Assembly (NCBI GenBank): GCA_937992175.1 | Contig: CALKLF010000042.1 | Coordinates: 9,743-73,742 of the forward strand | Direction of reading: 5' to 3' | DNA from: an uncultured Fimbriimonadales bacterium | Lineage (GTDB): Bacteria > Armatimonadota > Fimbriimonadia > Fimbriimonadales > GBS-DC | Length of the DNA: 64,000 nucleotides | Part shown: positions 25,491 through 34,033 of the stretch, in pieces | Numbering within the stretch: position 1 is the stretch's first letter | Layout of the letters: each line of letters starts with the position of its first letter | Notes under the pieces: generated by a model | Told to the model about the DNA's origin: nothing | The model's input: the letters and a program-made list of their open reading frames with translations, nothing else | Databases searched by the model: none | Made by a program: the position numbers and the translations under genes

Positions 25491-27203
25491 TCACGCCGCT
25501 TGCGCATGCCCCCTGTCGATCTGAATCTGCGACAACACCTCCTCAATGGTGGTGACTCCGTCGCGCACTTTCTGTAGGGCGTCCTGCTGGATAGTGAACA
25601 GCGTGCCTTGCGGCGCGGCGGCGCGAATCTGCTCGCTGTCCGCCTCGTGCGCAATCAGGCGACGCACCGGCTCGCTCATGATAAACAGCTCGTACAGCCC
25701 GATTCGCCCTCGGTAGCCGATGTTATTGCATTCACTGCACCCGACCGCTTGATACGCCTGCACCGACCCGCCTCCGAACAGCGCCGTGATGGAGGGATCG
25801 GTAATCGTAATCGGCTCCTTGCAGCGTTCGCACAGACGCCGCACGAGCCGCTGCGCCAGCACGCCAATCAGCGCGGAGTTAATCAGAAACGGCGGAATGC
25901 CCATGTCAATCATACGAGCGGGCGCACTGGTGGAATCGTTCGTATGCAGTGTGGAAAGCACCAGGTGTCCCGTCATCGCGGCGCGACAGGCGATTTCGGC
26001 GGTCTCTGCATCGCGAATCTCGCCCACCAACACCACATCAGGATCCTGACGCAACATCGCGCGCAACTGACCGGCAAAGGTCAACCCCGCTCGCTCGTTC
26101 ACTTGCGACTGCCCGATGCCCTCAATCGTGAACTCGACCGGGTCTTCACAGGTCAGGATATTGCGTCGCTCGGACTTAATCTGTTGTAATAGCGCATAGA
26201 GTGTAGTGCTTTTTCCTGAGCCTGTGGGACCCGTCACCAAAATCATCCCCCACGGTTTGCTGGCTAACTGGATAAGCCCTTGCTCCACCTGCGAGGGCAT
26301 ACCGAGCTGGTCGAGGGTCTTGAGCGCACTGTCGCGGTTGAGTAGACGCACCACGACGCGCTCGCCGAACACGGTCGGCAGCGAGGAGACGCGGGCGTCA
26401 ATTTTGCGCTCGCCCGACTTGAAGGTGAAGCGTCCGTCCTGGGGGCGACGACGCTCCGCGATGTCCATTTCTGCCATAAGCTTGACGCGCGCGATAACCG
26501 ATGATTGCAAGGTGCGCGGCACGGTGCGCACCACATACAGCACGCCGTCGATGCGCAAGCGCACCTGCAAAGTGGTCTCCAGCGGCTCGAAGTGGATATC
26601 GCTCGCGCCCCGCTCCACAGCCTCCAGTAGAATACCGTTGACCAGTCGCACCACCGGCGCCTGATGCACGATTTGCTCTAACTGGGTGACATCTTCGGGC
26701 GCCTCCAGCGCGTCCTCGCTGACTTCCAGTTCCTGCGCTTCCTCTTCGGGACGGTCAGGGTCTTCGTGCGTGCTATACAGCCGAGCAATTGCGCGCACGA
26801 TGCGCTCGGTGGGACTAAAGGCGACCTTGATGAACTTGCCAGTGGACTGCCGCAGGTAGTCGAGCATCTCGACATTATTCGGGTCGGCAGTGGCAATCCA
26901 TAGGGCGCCGTCTTCTTCTCGAACCGGCACGACCATAAAGCGCGTGGCGTCTTGCATGCCAATCCAGTGGCGGACCCGCTGCGCCTGCGCAATTGCGGCT
27001 TCATGCAACGGTTCATAGGGGCATTCCCACTGTTCCGCCTGCGCCTCGTAGTAGTCGTCGTGGGTAATGTAGCCCAGCTCGATTAGCGTCTCGCCGAGCT
27101 TTTTGCCCGTGATTCGCTGGGTCGCTAACGCCTCCTCCAGCTGCTGCGGGGTAATTTTCCCCTTCTGCAAGAGCCATTCGCCTAATCGCTTCACACCGTA
27201 CAT
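25491..27203 (-). CDS. pilB: Type IV pilus assembly / type II secretion ATPase (PilB/GspE family) with MshEN-type N-domain
   Basis: 570 aa. N-terminal LGEWLLQKGKITPQQLEEAL...LGETLIELGYI, GMILVTGPTGSGKSTTLYA and the tetracysteine CERCK...CSEC. Confidence 0.88.
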   Translation of the reverse strand: MYGVKRLGEWLLQKGKITPQQLEEALATQRITGKKLGETLIELGYITHDDYYEAQAEQWECPYEPLHEAAIAQAQRVRHWIGMQDATRFMVVPVREEDGALWIATADPNNVEMLDYLRQSTGKFIKVAFSPTERIVRAIARLYSTHEDPDRPEEEAQELEVSEDALEAPEDVTQLEQIVHQAPVVRLVNGILLEAVERGASDIHFEPLETTLQVRLRIDGVLYVVRTVPRTLQSSVIARVKLMAEMDIAERRRPQDGRFTFKSGERKIDARVSSLPTVFGERVVVRLLNRDSALKTLDQLGMPSQVEQGLIQLASKPWGMILVTGPTGSGKSTTLYALLQQIKSERRNILTCEDPVEFTIEGIGQSQVNERAGLTFAGQLRAMLRQDPDVVLVGEIRDAETAEIACRAAMTGHLVLSTLHTNDSTSAPARMIDMGIPPFLINSALIGVLAQRLVRRLCERCKEPITITDPSITALFGGGSVQAYQAVGCSECNNIGYRGRIGLYELFIMSEPVRRLIAHEADSEQIRAAAPQGTLFTIQQDALQKVRDGVTTIEEVLSQIQIDRGHAQAA

Positions 27204-27321
27204 GGTACACTCCTGCAGGAATTATCGGCGTTCATGGCGTATTTTTAAAGCAACGGCTTGGAACTGAATTGCGGGATGACTCCATGCGCTCTGAACGCCT
27301 GTTTATAGAGGAGGTAGTAGA

Positions 27322-28233
27322 ATGTACCAGCCGAACCGACTACTTACGAACCCTGTGAACAAGTATATAGTAGAGTTAGCAAAAAACTGGGAAGGTTATG
27401 AACTGTTGCTTCGCCCTGCGCGGCGGTTCCTGTTTCATAACCTGTACCGCCCCAGCGCGTATGTGCCGGAGTTCAACAAGCCCTGTTTCGGCGCACTCTG
27501 CCTGCGCGACGATCGCGAGAAGCGTCCCCTGCTGACAATCGAGACCGAACCGCAACTCAGCGAAGCGCTGCGCCAGTCCTATCGCGATTGTGAAATCCTG
27601 TGGGTCGAAGTTTACGAGGGTCCTGCGGGCATCCATTTCTACAGCGAGAACGCGGGCATTCGCATGGAAATGAGTTGCTCGGTGGCGCAGATGGGGGTCG
27701 CCTTGCGCGCACCGCTGGCATGGGTGCAGGAGCGCGTCGAGCGCCATTATATCCCGCAGGGACGGCTCATCCAAAGCTTCCACGAGCGACTGCTGCGCGA
27801 GGCGATTGACCTGTTGCTCGGCGAGTTTCCCGTTGAGTGCCATCATCAGATGCCGTTCGGCTTTGTGACGGGCTATCGGGCGCAGATGCCGCCGCAGATT
27901 GCCCGCTCCGCCGTCGATGTGGTGCTGCTGGTCAGCTCCAGTTACAATCCCGACGGTGTGGTGCTGTTGCCGATTAACCTGAACCTGCATAACGCGCATG
28001 TGTCCAACGAGCAGACAACGGAGAAGGACCGACTCATGTGCGACTTCGCTCGCGAGATCGAGATGCCGTTCCTGACGATTCGCGCGGCGGAGCAGCCCGA
28101 CGCCTATGTATTCTCCGCGCCGTCGCTCAACGAGAAGTCGATTACGGTGATGGGGCGCGCGCCCGCCGACTGGGCGAGCGCCATCCGCCCGTTCATCGAA
28201 GCCGCGCTGGAGAGTTTGAATCGATCGCTATAG
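27322..28233 (+). CDS. Hypothetical protein (no recognised family)
   Basis: 303-aa ORF with a GAGGAGG SD 7 nt upstream, divergent from pilB. The C-terminal half VDVVLLV...LLPINLNLHNAH...EKDRL...MPFLTIR loosely recalls a degenerate Vsr/DUF559-type nuclease core. Confidence 0.5.
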   Translation: MYQPNRLLTNPVNKYIVELAKNWEGYELLLRPARRFLFHNLYRPSAYVPEFNKPCFGALCLRDDREKRPLLTIETEPQLSEALRQSYRDCEILWVEVYEGPAGIHFYSENAGIRMEMSCSVAQMGVALRAPLAWVQERVERHYIPQGRLIQSFHERLLREAIDLLLGEFPVECHHQMPFGFVTGYRAQMPPQIARSAVDVVLLVSSSYNPDGVVLLPINLNLHNAHVSNEQTTEKDRLMCDFAREIEMPFLTIRAAEQPDAYVFSAPSLNEKSITVMGRAPADWASAIRPFIEAALESLNRSL

Positions 28234-28238
28234 TGGGG

Positions 28239-28244
28239 TATAAT
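28239..28244 (+). promoter_or_regulatory. -10 box TATAAT (GGGGTATAAT) upstream of the small ORF at 28262
   Basis: Perfect hexamer, followed by GGAGG (28250-28254) and an ATG. Confidence 0.4.
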
Positions 28245-28261
28245 GCACTGGAGGCAAACCT

Positions 28262-28411
28262 ATGAACAAGTTCGGTCTAATCTTGGCTCTGGCGGCGCTG
28301 CTTGGCGCAGGCGCTGCGGCGATTATCGTAGGCGCGAAAGGCAACGAAACGACCCCAACGGCGGTCGTGTCCTCGCCTGAGAAAGCGTCCTGCTGCTCTG
28401 GCAATAAGTAA
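28262..28411 (+). CDS. Small membrane-anchored or secreted peptide (49 aa) ending CCSGNK; below the ORF-track size cutoff
   Basis: MNKFGLILALAALLGAGAAAIIVGAKGNETTPTAVVSSPEKASCCSGNK. It has its own -10 box and a GGAGG SD with 7-nt spacing. Confidence 0.45.
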   Translation: MNKFGLILALAALLGAGAAAIIVGAKGNETTPTAVVSSPEKASCCSGNK

Positions 28412-28461
28412 GTGGGTCTATGAGGCTGGGGAAGGTAGAGCCTCTCCCCAGCAAGACTGTT

Positions 28462-28535
28462 GATTCCTCGCTTCGCTCGGAATAACAAGCCTGCTCCTAC
28501 CCAAAGAATTGTCATTCCGAGCGAAGCGAGGAATC
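28462..28535. repeat. Family-A palindromic element
   Basis: GATTCCTCGCTTCGCTCGGAATAACA ... TGTCATTCCGAGCGAAGCGAGGAATC. The arms are complementary with one mismatch. Confidence 0.85.
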
Positions 28536-28548
28536 TGAAACTTTTCTT

Positions 28549-29436
28549 ATGTTGCGCAAAGCCATCGTCCCGATGGCAGGGTTGGGTACGCGCCTGTACC
28601 CTGTCGGCGTTGTTTTACCAAAGGGGTTAATGCCGTTTGCGCTGGCAGACGGTAGACTCACCACGGGGCTGCAACTGATTGCCGAAACGCTCCTCGCTGC
28701 CAGCGTCGAGCAGATTGGCGTGGTCGTTTCCCCCGAAAATCGCCCCGTTTATGAGGCGTTTCTGGAAGGCGGCAACGCGCGCTACGCCCCCGCACGCGCA
28801 AAGCGCCCCGAAATGCAACAGACCTATGAGGCGCTTCAACGCCTTCGCGGTCATCTGACCTTCGTCGAGCAACCCGAACTGCTGGGGCTGGGGCATGCCG
28901 TATGGTGTGCGCGGGGCTTTGCATTGGGCGAACCTGTTCTCGTGTTTCTGGGGGATCACATCCCGATGCCGTTGGGCGACTCCGCGCCCATCCGTCAGGC
29001 GATGCGCCTGTTCGACGAGCACCAGACCCCCATTTACGGGGTACATCGCGTCCCGCTGGATAAAGTCTCACTGTATGGCGTGTTGCAGGGCGAGCCTACG
29101 GACGTGCCACGCGTCTACCGCCTGCGCCAGCTTTATGAGAAGCCGACGCCCGACTATGCGCAGCAACACCTGCACACGGCGGGCTTAGCCCCCAACGAGT
29201 TTTTCGCCCACAGCGGCGTGTATGCCTTTCCCCCTGCGCTGTGGGACGCGCTGGAGCAAATCGCCGCTGAGCATGACCCTTCGCAGGGCGAGTGGACGCT
29301 GACCTACGCCCAGCAACGCCTGCTCCAGCAGACGCCCGCTTATCTGTACGAAGCCGAGCATCACTGGCTGGACTTCGGCACAGCCCAGGAGTACCGACGC
29401 GCGTTTTGCCACCTGGCGGGGTGCGGCGATGTATAA
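28549..29436 (+). CDS. Sugar-phosphate nucleotidyltransferase (UTP-glucose-1-phosphate uridylyltransferase-like)
   Basis: AIVPMAGLGTRLYPVGVVLPKGLMPF matches the GalU/RmlA-type N-terminal signature. 295 aa. Confidence 0.7.
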   Translation: MLRKAIVPMAGLGTRLYPVGVVLPKGLMPFALADGRLTTGLQLIAETLLAASVEQIGVVVSPENRPVYEAFLEGGNARYAPARAKRPEMQQTYEALQRLRGHLTFVEQPELLGLGHAVWCARGFALGEPVLVFLGDHIPMPLGDSAPIRQAMRLFDEHQTPIYGVHRVPLDKVSLYGVLQGEPTDVPRVYRLRQLYEKPTPDYAQQHLHTAGLAPNEFFAHSGVYAFPPALWDALEQIAAEHDPSQGEWTLTYAQQRLLQQTPAYLYEAEHHWLDFGTAQEYRRAFCHLAGCGDV

Positions 29437-29950
29437 AAGCGAGTATCGCTACGGCAGTGAATCGCTGACGCTCACGGCGCAGCCCGACGGTAAGGGCTGG
29501 AAGGTCACCCTGCCCGACGGTTCAGAGTATTCAGTTCTGAGTGCGGAAGCGGGCGAGAACACGCTGACGCTCCAGACCCCCACCGGGCGCGTGCAGATTG
29601 CCTTTGCGCAGACGCCGCAGGGCGTGGAGATTCAGTATCGCGGGCGCGTCTATCGCTTCCAGCGAGCGGACCCCCTGCGACGGAGCGGAACCCAGCACTC
29701 CAGCGCAGAGGGCGTCCTCACCGCACCGATGCCGGGCTTGGTCACGAAGGTATTTGTGCAGCAGGGCGAGCGCGTGGAGGCGGGGCAACGCCTGCTCACC
29801 CTCGAAGCGATGAAGACCGAACAGTCGCTGCGCGCGCCGTTCGCAGGCGTGGTGCAGCGGTTAAACGCGCGGGAAGGCGAGCTGGTGCAGGAAGGAGCGA
29901 TTCTGGTGGAGGTTGTGGAGGAACCAGATTCCTTGCTCCGCTCGGAATGA
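29429..29950 (+). CDS. Stand-alone biotinyl/lipoyl-carrier domain protein with BT-like N-domain
   Basis: The C-terminal LTAPMPGLVTKVFVQQGERVEAGQRLLTLEAMKTEQSLRAPFAGVV...GAILVEV is a biotin-attachment (AMK) domain. The last ~8 codons and the stop lie inside the family-A repeat. Confidence 0.7.
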   Translation: MYKSEYRYGSESLTLTAQPDGKGWKVTLPDGSEYSVLSAEAGENTLTLQTPTGRVQIAFAQTPQGVEIQYRGRVYRFQRADPLRRSGTQHSSAEGVLTAPMPGLVTKVFVQQGERVEAGQRLLTLEAMKTEQSLRAPFAGVVQRLNAREGELVQEGAILVEVVEEPDSLLRSE

Positions 29951-30001
29951 CAGCAAGGTTTGGAAGAGCATTCCTTGTCATTCCGAGCGGAGCAAGGAAT
30001 C
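29927..30001. repeat. Family-A palindromic element (perfectly complementary arms, compensatory CTTGC/GCAAG variant)
   Basis: GATTCCTTGCTCCGCTCGGAATGACA ... TGTCATTCCGAGCGGAGCAAGGAATC. Confidence 0.9.
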
Positions 30002-30033
30002 TCGTCTTTCCTACGGAGCGATCGCGCTGGTGA

Positions 30034-30756
30034 CTACAGAATCCCTTCCTGTGGCAATACGAGCAACTCATCGATGGCGGCGTCCGCAGGGGTGAGCAGC
30101 ATCTGGGTAATAATCTGCGCCACAGTTTCGGGACGGATCATTTTCTCTCGGTCAGGTATCCCTTCGCCCTCGCCCCAGATGGCGGTATCCACCGCGCCAG
30201 GCAAGATTGCCATCACGCGCACGCCGTGTTTGCGCACCTCCTTCGCCAGAACGCGCGTGAACATCAGCCCTGCGGCTTTGGCGCAGCTGTACGCACTCAG
30301 TCCCGCGAACGCCCGCGCGCCCGCCACAGACAGCACATTCACAATCTGCCCGCGTCCCTGCTCCAGCATAGGCGGCAACACCAGGCGCGTGGTCAGGTAC
30401 AGCCCCTTCAGGTTGCCCTCCAGTGTGCGCCACCACGCTGCTGGGTCGCTGCTCTTGATGAGACCTACCGACTGGATGAACCCCGCATTATTGACCAGAA
30501 TATCGATGTTGCCTGTGATGCCGAGCGTGCATTGTACCGCCTCGCGCATCGCGCTCTCGTCCGACACATCGGCGGCGAACCAGTGCGCTTTGCCGCCTGA
30601 GTCGCGGATTTGCGCCGCTGTTGCCTCCAGTTGTGCCTGCGTGCGCGCCACCAGTACAACCGTCGCACCCCGCTGCGCCAGTTGTTTCCCCGTTTCCGCG
30701 CCAATTCCGCGCCCGCCACCAGTAATCAACGCCACTTGACCAGCCAAAGTTTCCAT
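30034..30756 (-). CDS. SDR-family oxidoreductase
   Basis: VALITGGGRGIGAE, NNAG and YSCAKAAG (YxxxK). Confidence 0.8.
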   Translation of the reverse strand: METLAGQVALITGGGRGIGAETGKQLAQRGATVVLVARTQAQLEATAAQIRDSGGKAHWFAADVSDESAMREAVQCTLGITGNIDILVNNAGFIQSVGLIKSSDPAAWWRTLEGNLKGLYLTTRLVLPPMLEQGRGQIVNVLSVAGARAFAGLSAYSCAKAAGLMFTRVLAKEVRKHGVRVMAILPGAVDTAIWGEGEGIPDREKMIRPETVAQIITQMLLTPADAAIDELLVLPQEGIL

Positions 30757-30816
30757 AGCACAGGCAGTATACCGCAGGCAGGAAATCGCCGTGAAGGGAC
30801 GAAAGTCCTAATTCCG

Positions 30817-31689
30817 ATGAGCCGTACAACGGTTTTGAAGACCTATAAACTCTGGGTGAACGGTGAGTTCGTCCGTTCCGAGTCGGGACGCGCCTACGAA
30901 GTTCGCGACTCGCGCGGCGCGTTCTGGGCGAATGTGCCGCACGCCTCCCGCAAAGACTTACGCGATGCGGTGCAGGCGGCGCGCAAGGCGCAATCAGGCT
31001 GGGCGAAGCGCACGGCGTATAATCGCGGGCAGATTCTCTATCGCGTCGCCGAGATGCTGGAGACGCGCCGCGAAGCAATCCGCGCTGAACTGCAGGCAGT
31101 CGCAGGCGTCTCCGAGCGCGACGCCGACGCCGAAATCGACGCGAGCATCGACCGCTGGGTCTACTACGCGGGCTGGAGCGACAAGTACGCCGCGCTGCTC
31201 TCGTCGGTGAACCCCGTCGCGATGCCGATGCACAACTTCACGACGGCGGAGCCGACGGGCGTGGTCGGAATCGCCTGCCCTGAAGCCGCGCCGTTGGCGT
31301 CGCTAACGAGCCTGCTCGCGCCCGTGATCGTGAGTGGCAGCACTGTCGTCGCCTTGCTGCCCGAAAGTGCGCCGACCGTTGGACTCGCGTTCGCGGAGGT
31401 GTTGGCGACTTCCGACCTACCTGCGGGCGTGGTGAACCTGCTGAGTGGGCGATTTGAAGAGTTGGTGCCCCACCTCGCACGCCATGTGGAGGTGGACGCG
31501 CTGAACCTGTGCGGTGTCCCCGTATCAGAGCGCGCCCCACTGGAGCAAGCTGCCGCCGAGACCATCAAACGCCTCCACCACAGCCCTCCATACACCCGCG
31601 CCGAATGGTTGAGCGACCGCGCGCAGGGACTGGAGTGGATCGAACCGTTCCTCGAGTTCAAAACCATGTGGCACCCGCTGGGATGGTGA
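30817..31689 (+). CDS. Aldehyde-dehydrogenase-like protein lacking the catalytic domain (mini-ALDH, probable pseudoenzyme)
   Basis: 290 aa. Aligns by eye to ALDH from LWVNGEFV through the Rossmann region (GVVGI..., LPAGVVNLLSG, VDALNL), then jumps to an ALDH-like C-terminus (LEWIEPFLEFKTMW). No ELGGK or catalytic Cys segment is present. Confidence 0.6.
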   Translation: MSRTTVLKTYKLWVNGEFVRSESGRAYEVRDSRGAFWANVPHASRKDLRDAVQAARKAQSGWAKRTAYNRGQILYRVAEMLETRREAIRAELQAVAGVSERDADAEIDASIDRWVYYAGWSDKYAALLSSVNPVAMPMHNFTTAEPTGVVGIACPEAAPLASLTSLLAPVIVSGSTVVALLPESAPTVGLAFAEVLATSDLPAGVVNLLSGRFEELVPHLARHVEVDALNLCGVPVSERAPLEQAAAETIKRLHHSPPYTRAEWLSDRAQGLEWIEPFLEFKTMWHPLGW

Positions 31690-31691
31690 GC

Positions 31692-32195
31692 ATGAACCGC
31701 ACAAAACTGGCGATTGGGCTGGGTGTCGCGATTGCGCTGCTGATTGGCGTGCGTATCTTCGTCCTGTCGGCGACGCCGAAAGAGGTCGACCCGCGCACGC
31801 GCATTCAGCAGATGTTCGCCGAGGGCAAGCAGGCGTTCGAAAACGAGGATATCGACGGCATGCTTCAATTCGTCGCTGATGAGTTCAGCTTCGGTAACCT
31901 GAACAAACAGCAGCTGCGCTACCGACTGGCACAGTTGTTCAAGCAGTCCGAGAACATCCGCGCCGAGCTGGGCGAGTTGCAAATTGAAGTGTTCGCGGGG
32001 CGCGTGCTGGTGCGCACCACCGTTCGAGTCGTCTCGCGCGACCCGCAGTCGCCAAGCGGCGTCAATACCCAGGATTTCGGCGTGGTGGAGTTCGAATTCC
32101 GCAAGTTCCCGCAGCGCAAATGGCTGATTATTCAATACGAAGACTGGCGGCTGGTGCGCATCGAAGCGCCACAGGCGGCGGAGATCTCGCTATGA
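31692..32195 (+). CDS. Membrane-anchored NTF2/SnoaL-like (DUF4440-like) protein
   Basis: N-terminal TM LAIGLGVAIALLIGVRIFVL followed by a ~130-aa alpha+beta pattern. The start lies 3 nt after the upstream stop. Confidence 0.5.
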   Translation: MNRTKLAIGLGVAIALLIGVRIFVLSATPKEVDPRTRIQQMFAEGKQAFENEDIDGMLQFVADEFSFGNLNKQQLRYRLAQLFKQSENIRAELGELQIEVFAGRVLVRTTVRVVSRDPQSPSGVNTQDFGVVEFEFRKFPQRKWLIIQYEDWRLVRIEAPQAAEISL

Positions 32196-33196
32196 CGGCG
32201 GAGTTGCAGGCAAAGTACGAACAGCTGCAGGCGATTCTGCGCGAGATGGGCGCAGTGATCGTCGGGCTGTCAGGCGGCGTGGACAGCACGCTGCTCGTGA
32301 AAGTCGCTTACCAGACGCTGGGCGACCGATGTCTGGCGGTGATTGGCAAATCGGAAGCGTTCCCTGAGGGTGAAATCGAGCAGGCGATGCAACTGGCGCA
32401 GCAAATCGGCGTGCGGGTACGCATCGTCCCCACGCATGAATTGCAAAACCCCCTGTTTCAGGTGAACCGACCTGACCGCTGCTATCACTGCAAGACCGAG
32501 CTGTTCGGCGTGCTGCGGCGCGTCGCCGACGAGGAGAGGATCCCGTGGATTGCCGACGGGACGCACGCAGACGACACGAGCGACTATCGGCCTGGACTGC
32601 GCGCCGCGCAGGAGCAGGGCGTGCGCGCGCCGCTGCTCGAGGCGGGATTCACCAAGGCGGACATCCGCGCGCTGGCAAAACATCTGGGTCTGCCCATCTG
32701 GGACAAGCCCTCCTTCGCCTGCCTCTCCAGTCGGTTCTCCTACGGCACGGTCATCACGCGCGAACTGCTCCAGAAAGTGGACCGTGCGGAACGCTACCTG
32801 CGCGAGCTAGGGTTCCGTCAAGTGCGCGTGCGCCACCACGATACGATTCTGCGCATCGAGGTCGAGCCACAGGACTTCGAGCGCGTGCTGCGCCACGCGT
32901 CCGACATCGTGGCGCACATACAATCACTCGGCTACCTCTATGTTGCGCTGGACTTAGAGGGCTACCGTTCAGGCAAGATGAACGATGAGCTGCGGGCGCG
33001 TCTACCGATGCACGATGGGCTTACACCTCCACCCGCAGTGCAGCAGCAGGCGGCATCTTCGCTGCGCGAATCGCCGGCAGAATCGTCGCTACGACCGTCA
33101 CCACCACGCCGACCGCCATCGCCTGACCCAGCAGCCCAAGCAGCTCGAGCAGAGTCGCCGCGCCGAACACCCCCGAACCCAGCCGAAACAGGTTAA
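32192..33196 (+). CDS. larE: PP-loop ATP-utilising enzyme, LarE-type sulfur transferase family (TIGR00268-like), with ~70-aa low-complexity C-terminal extension
   Basis: VIVGLSGGVDSTLL (SGGxDS PP-loop), CYHCK and LGYLYVALDLEGYRSGKMN. The start overlaps the upstream stop (ATGA). The tail is antisense to the permease gene. Confidence 0.7.
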   Translation: MTAELQAKYEQLQAILREMGAVIVGLSGGVDSTLLVKVAYQTLGDRCLAVIGKSEAFPEGEIEQAMQLAQQIGVRVRIVPTHELQNPLFQVNRPDRCYHCKTELFGVLRRVADEERIPWIADGTHADDTSDYRPGLRAAQEQGVRAPLLEAGFTKADIRALAKHLGLPIWDKPSFACLSSRFSYGTVITRELLQKVDRAERYLRELGFRQVRVRHHDTILRIEVEPQDFERVLRHASDIVAHIQSLGYLYVALDLEGYRSGKMNDELRARLPMHDGLTPPPAVQQQAASSLRESPAESSLRPSPPRRPPSPDPAAQAARAESPRRTPPNPAETG

Positions 33197-33647
33197 TTAG
33201 AAACACCAAACCCCAGCCCACCAGAAAGCCAATCGCCGACGCCACGACGCCCAGCATCCCCGCCTCCAGAAAGAACAGCTTCACCACAAACGAATCGAGC
33301 GCACCCAGACACTTCATCGTGCCAATCTCTTTATAACGCTCCGTGACCGCCATCAGCATGGAGTTGGAGATGCCGACGGTGGACATCAGCAGGCTCATCA
33401 CCACGAGCCAGGTCTGGCGCGTGGCGGCTTCAACGGCGGCGGGGTCGTTCGGGTCTAACGGCGGCGCGTAGAGCGCGGCGGCGCGCACCGCCGTGAAAAA
33501 CGCAATCCCCAGCATCACCCCCGCCGCGGTAATCAACGCCCGCAGGAACCGTACCCGTATGTTCAGCAGGCTGATCCGAAACGCCACCGACAGTGGCAGC
33601 TGTACCTGCTTGCGTATCGCGTCCCGTCCCGAACTCGTGGCGCTCAT
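33021..33647 (-). CDS. Minimal FtsX-type (MacB/LolC-like) ABC permease, four TM segments, almost no extracytoplasmic domain
   Basis: 208 aa. SNSMLMAVTERYKEIGTMKCLGALDSFVVKLFFLEAGMLG ... LPAIRAAKMPPAAALRVEV is the FtsX-domain signature. Only ~25 residues lie between TM1 and TM2. Confidence 0.75.
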   Translation of the reverse strand: MSATSSGRDAIRKQVQLPLSVAFRISLLNIRVRFLRALITAAGVMLGIAFFTAVRAAALYAPPLDPNDPAAVEAATRQTWLVVMSLLMSTVGISNSMLMAVTERYKEIGTMKCLGALDSFVVKLFFLEAGMLGVVASAIGFLVGWGLVFLINLFRLGSGVFGAATLLELLGLLGQAMAVGVVVTVVATILPAIRAAKMPPAAALRVEV

Positions 33648-34033
33648 AGTCGTTTCTTCGAATAGACGATAAATCCACGCCGTGAGAGCGTGTTCAAAAA
33701 CGCGAACAGTGAATACTCCGCCTCGCGCCGCTCCAGCTTGAACTGCTGCACGAGCCGTTGCACTATCGCGTCCACCTGATGCCGTCCGTCGCACAGCGCC
33801 CAGACCGCGCTGCCAATCTCGTCCAGCTCGATGCGATGTTCGTGGGGGAGCTTGAAAATCCTGCTGAACCAGCCGAACAGCCCGCGCGGTTGGAGAGGCA
33901 CAATCAAAATATAAACGCCGTCCGCGTTTTGCTCGGACCTTACTGCGGCGTTGCGCAGGGGATAGAGGCGCAGCACCTGTTTGCGGTCTATCTGCGGCGG
34001 CGCGTTGCGCCGAAAGAGCCGTCTCAACAACAT
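33644..34033 (-). CDS. PqqD-family protein (RiPP-recognition-element-like peptide chaperone)
   Basis: 129 aa. IELDEIGSAVWALCDGRHQVDAIVQRLVQQFKLERREAEYSLFAFLNTLSRRGFI fits the PqqD winged-helix pattern. Both gene junctions overlap. Confidence 0.7.
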   Translation of the reverse strand: MLLRRLFRRNAPPQIDRKQVLRLYPLRNAAVRSEQNADGVYILIVPLQPRGLFGWFSRIFKLPHEHRIELDEIGSAVWALCDGRHQVDAIVQRLVQQFKLERREAEYSLFAFLNTLSRRGFIVYSKKRL

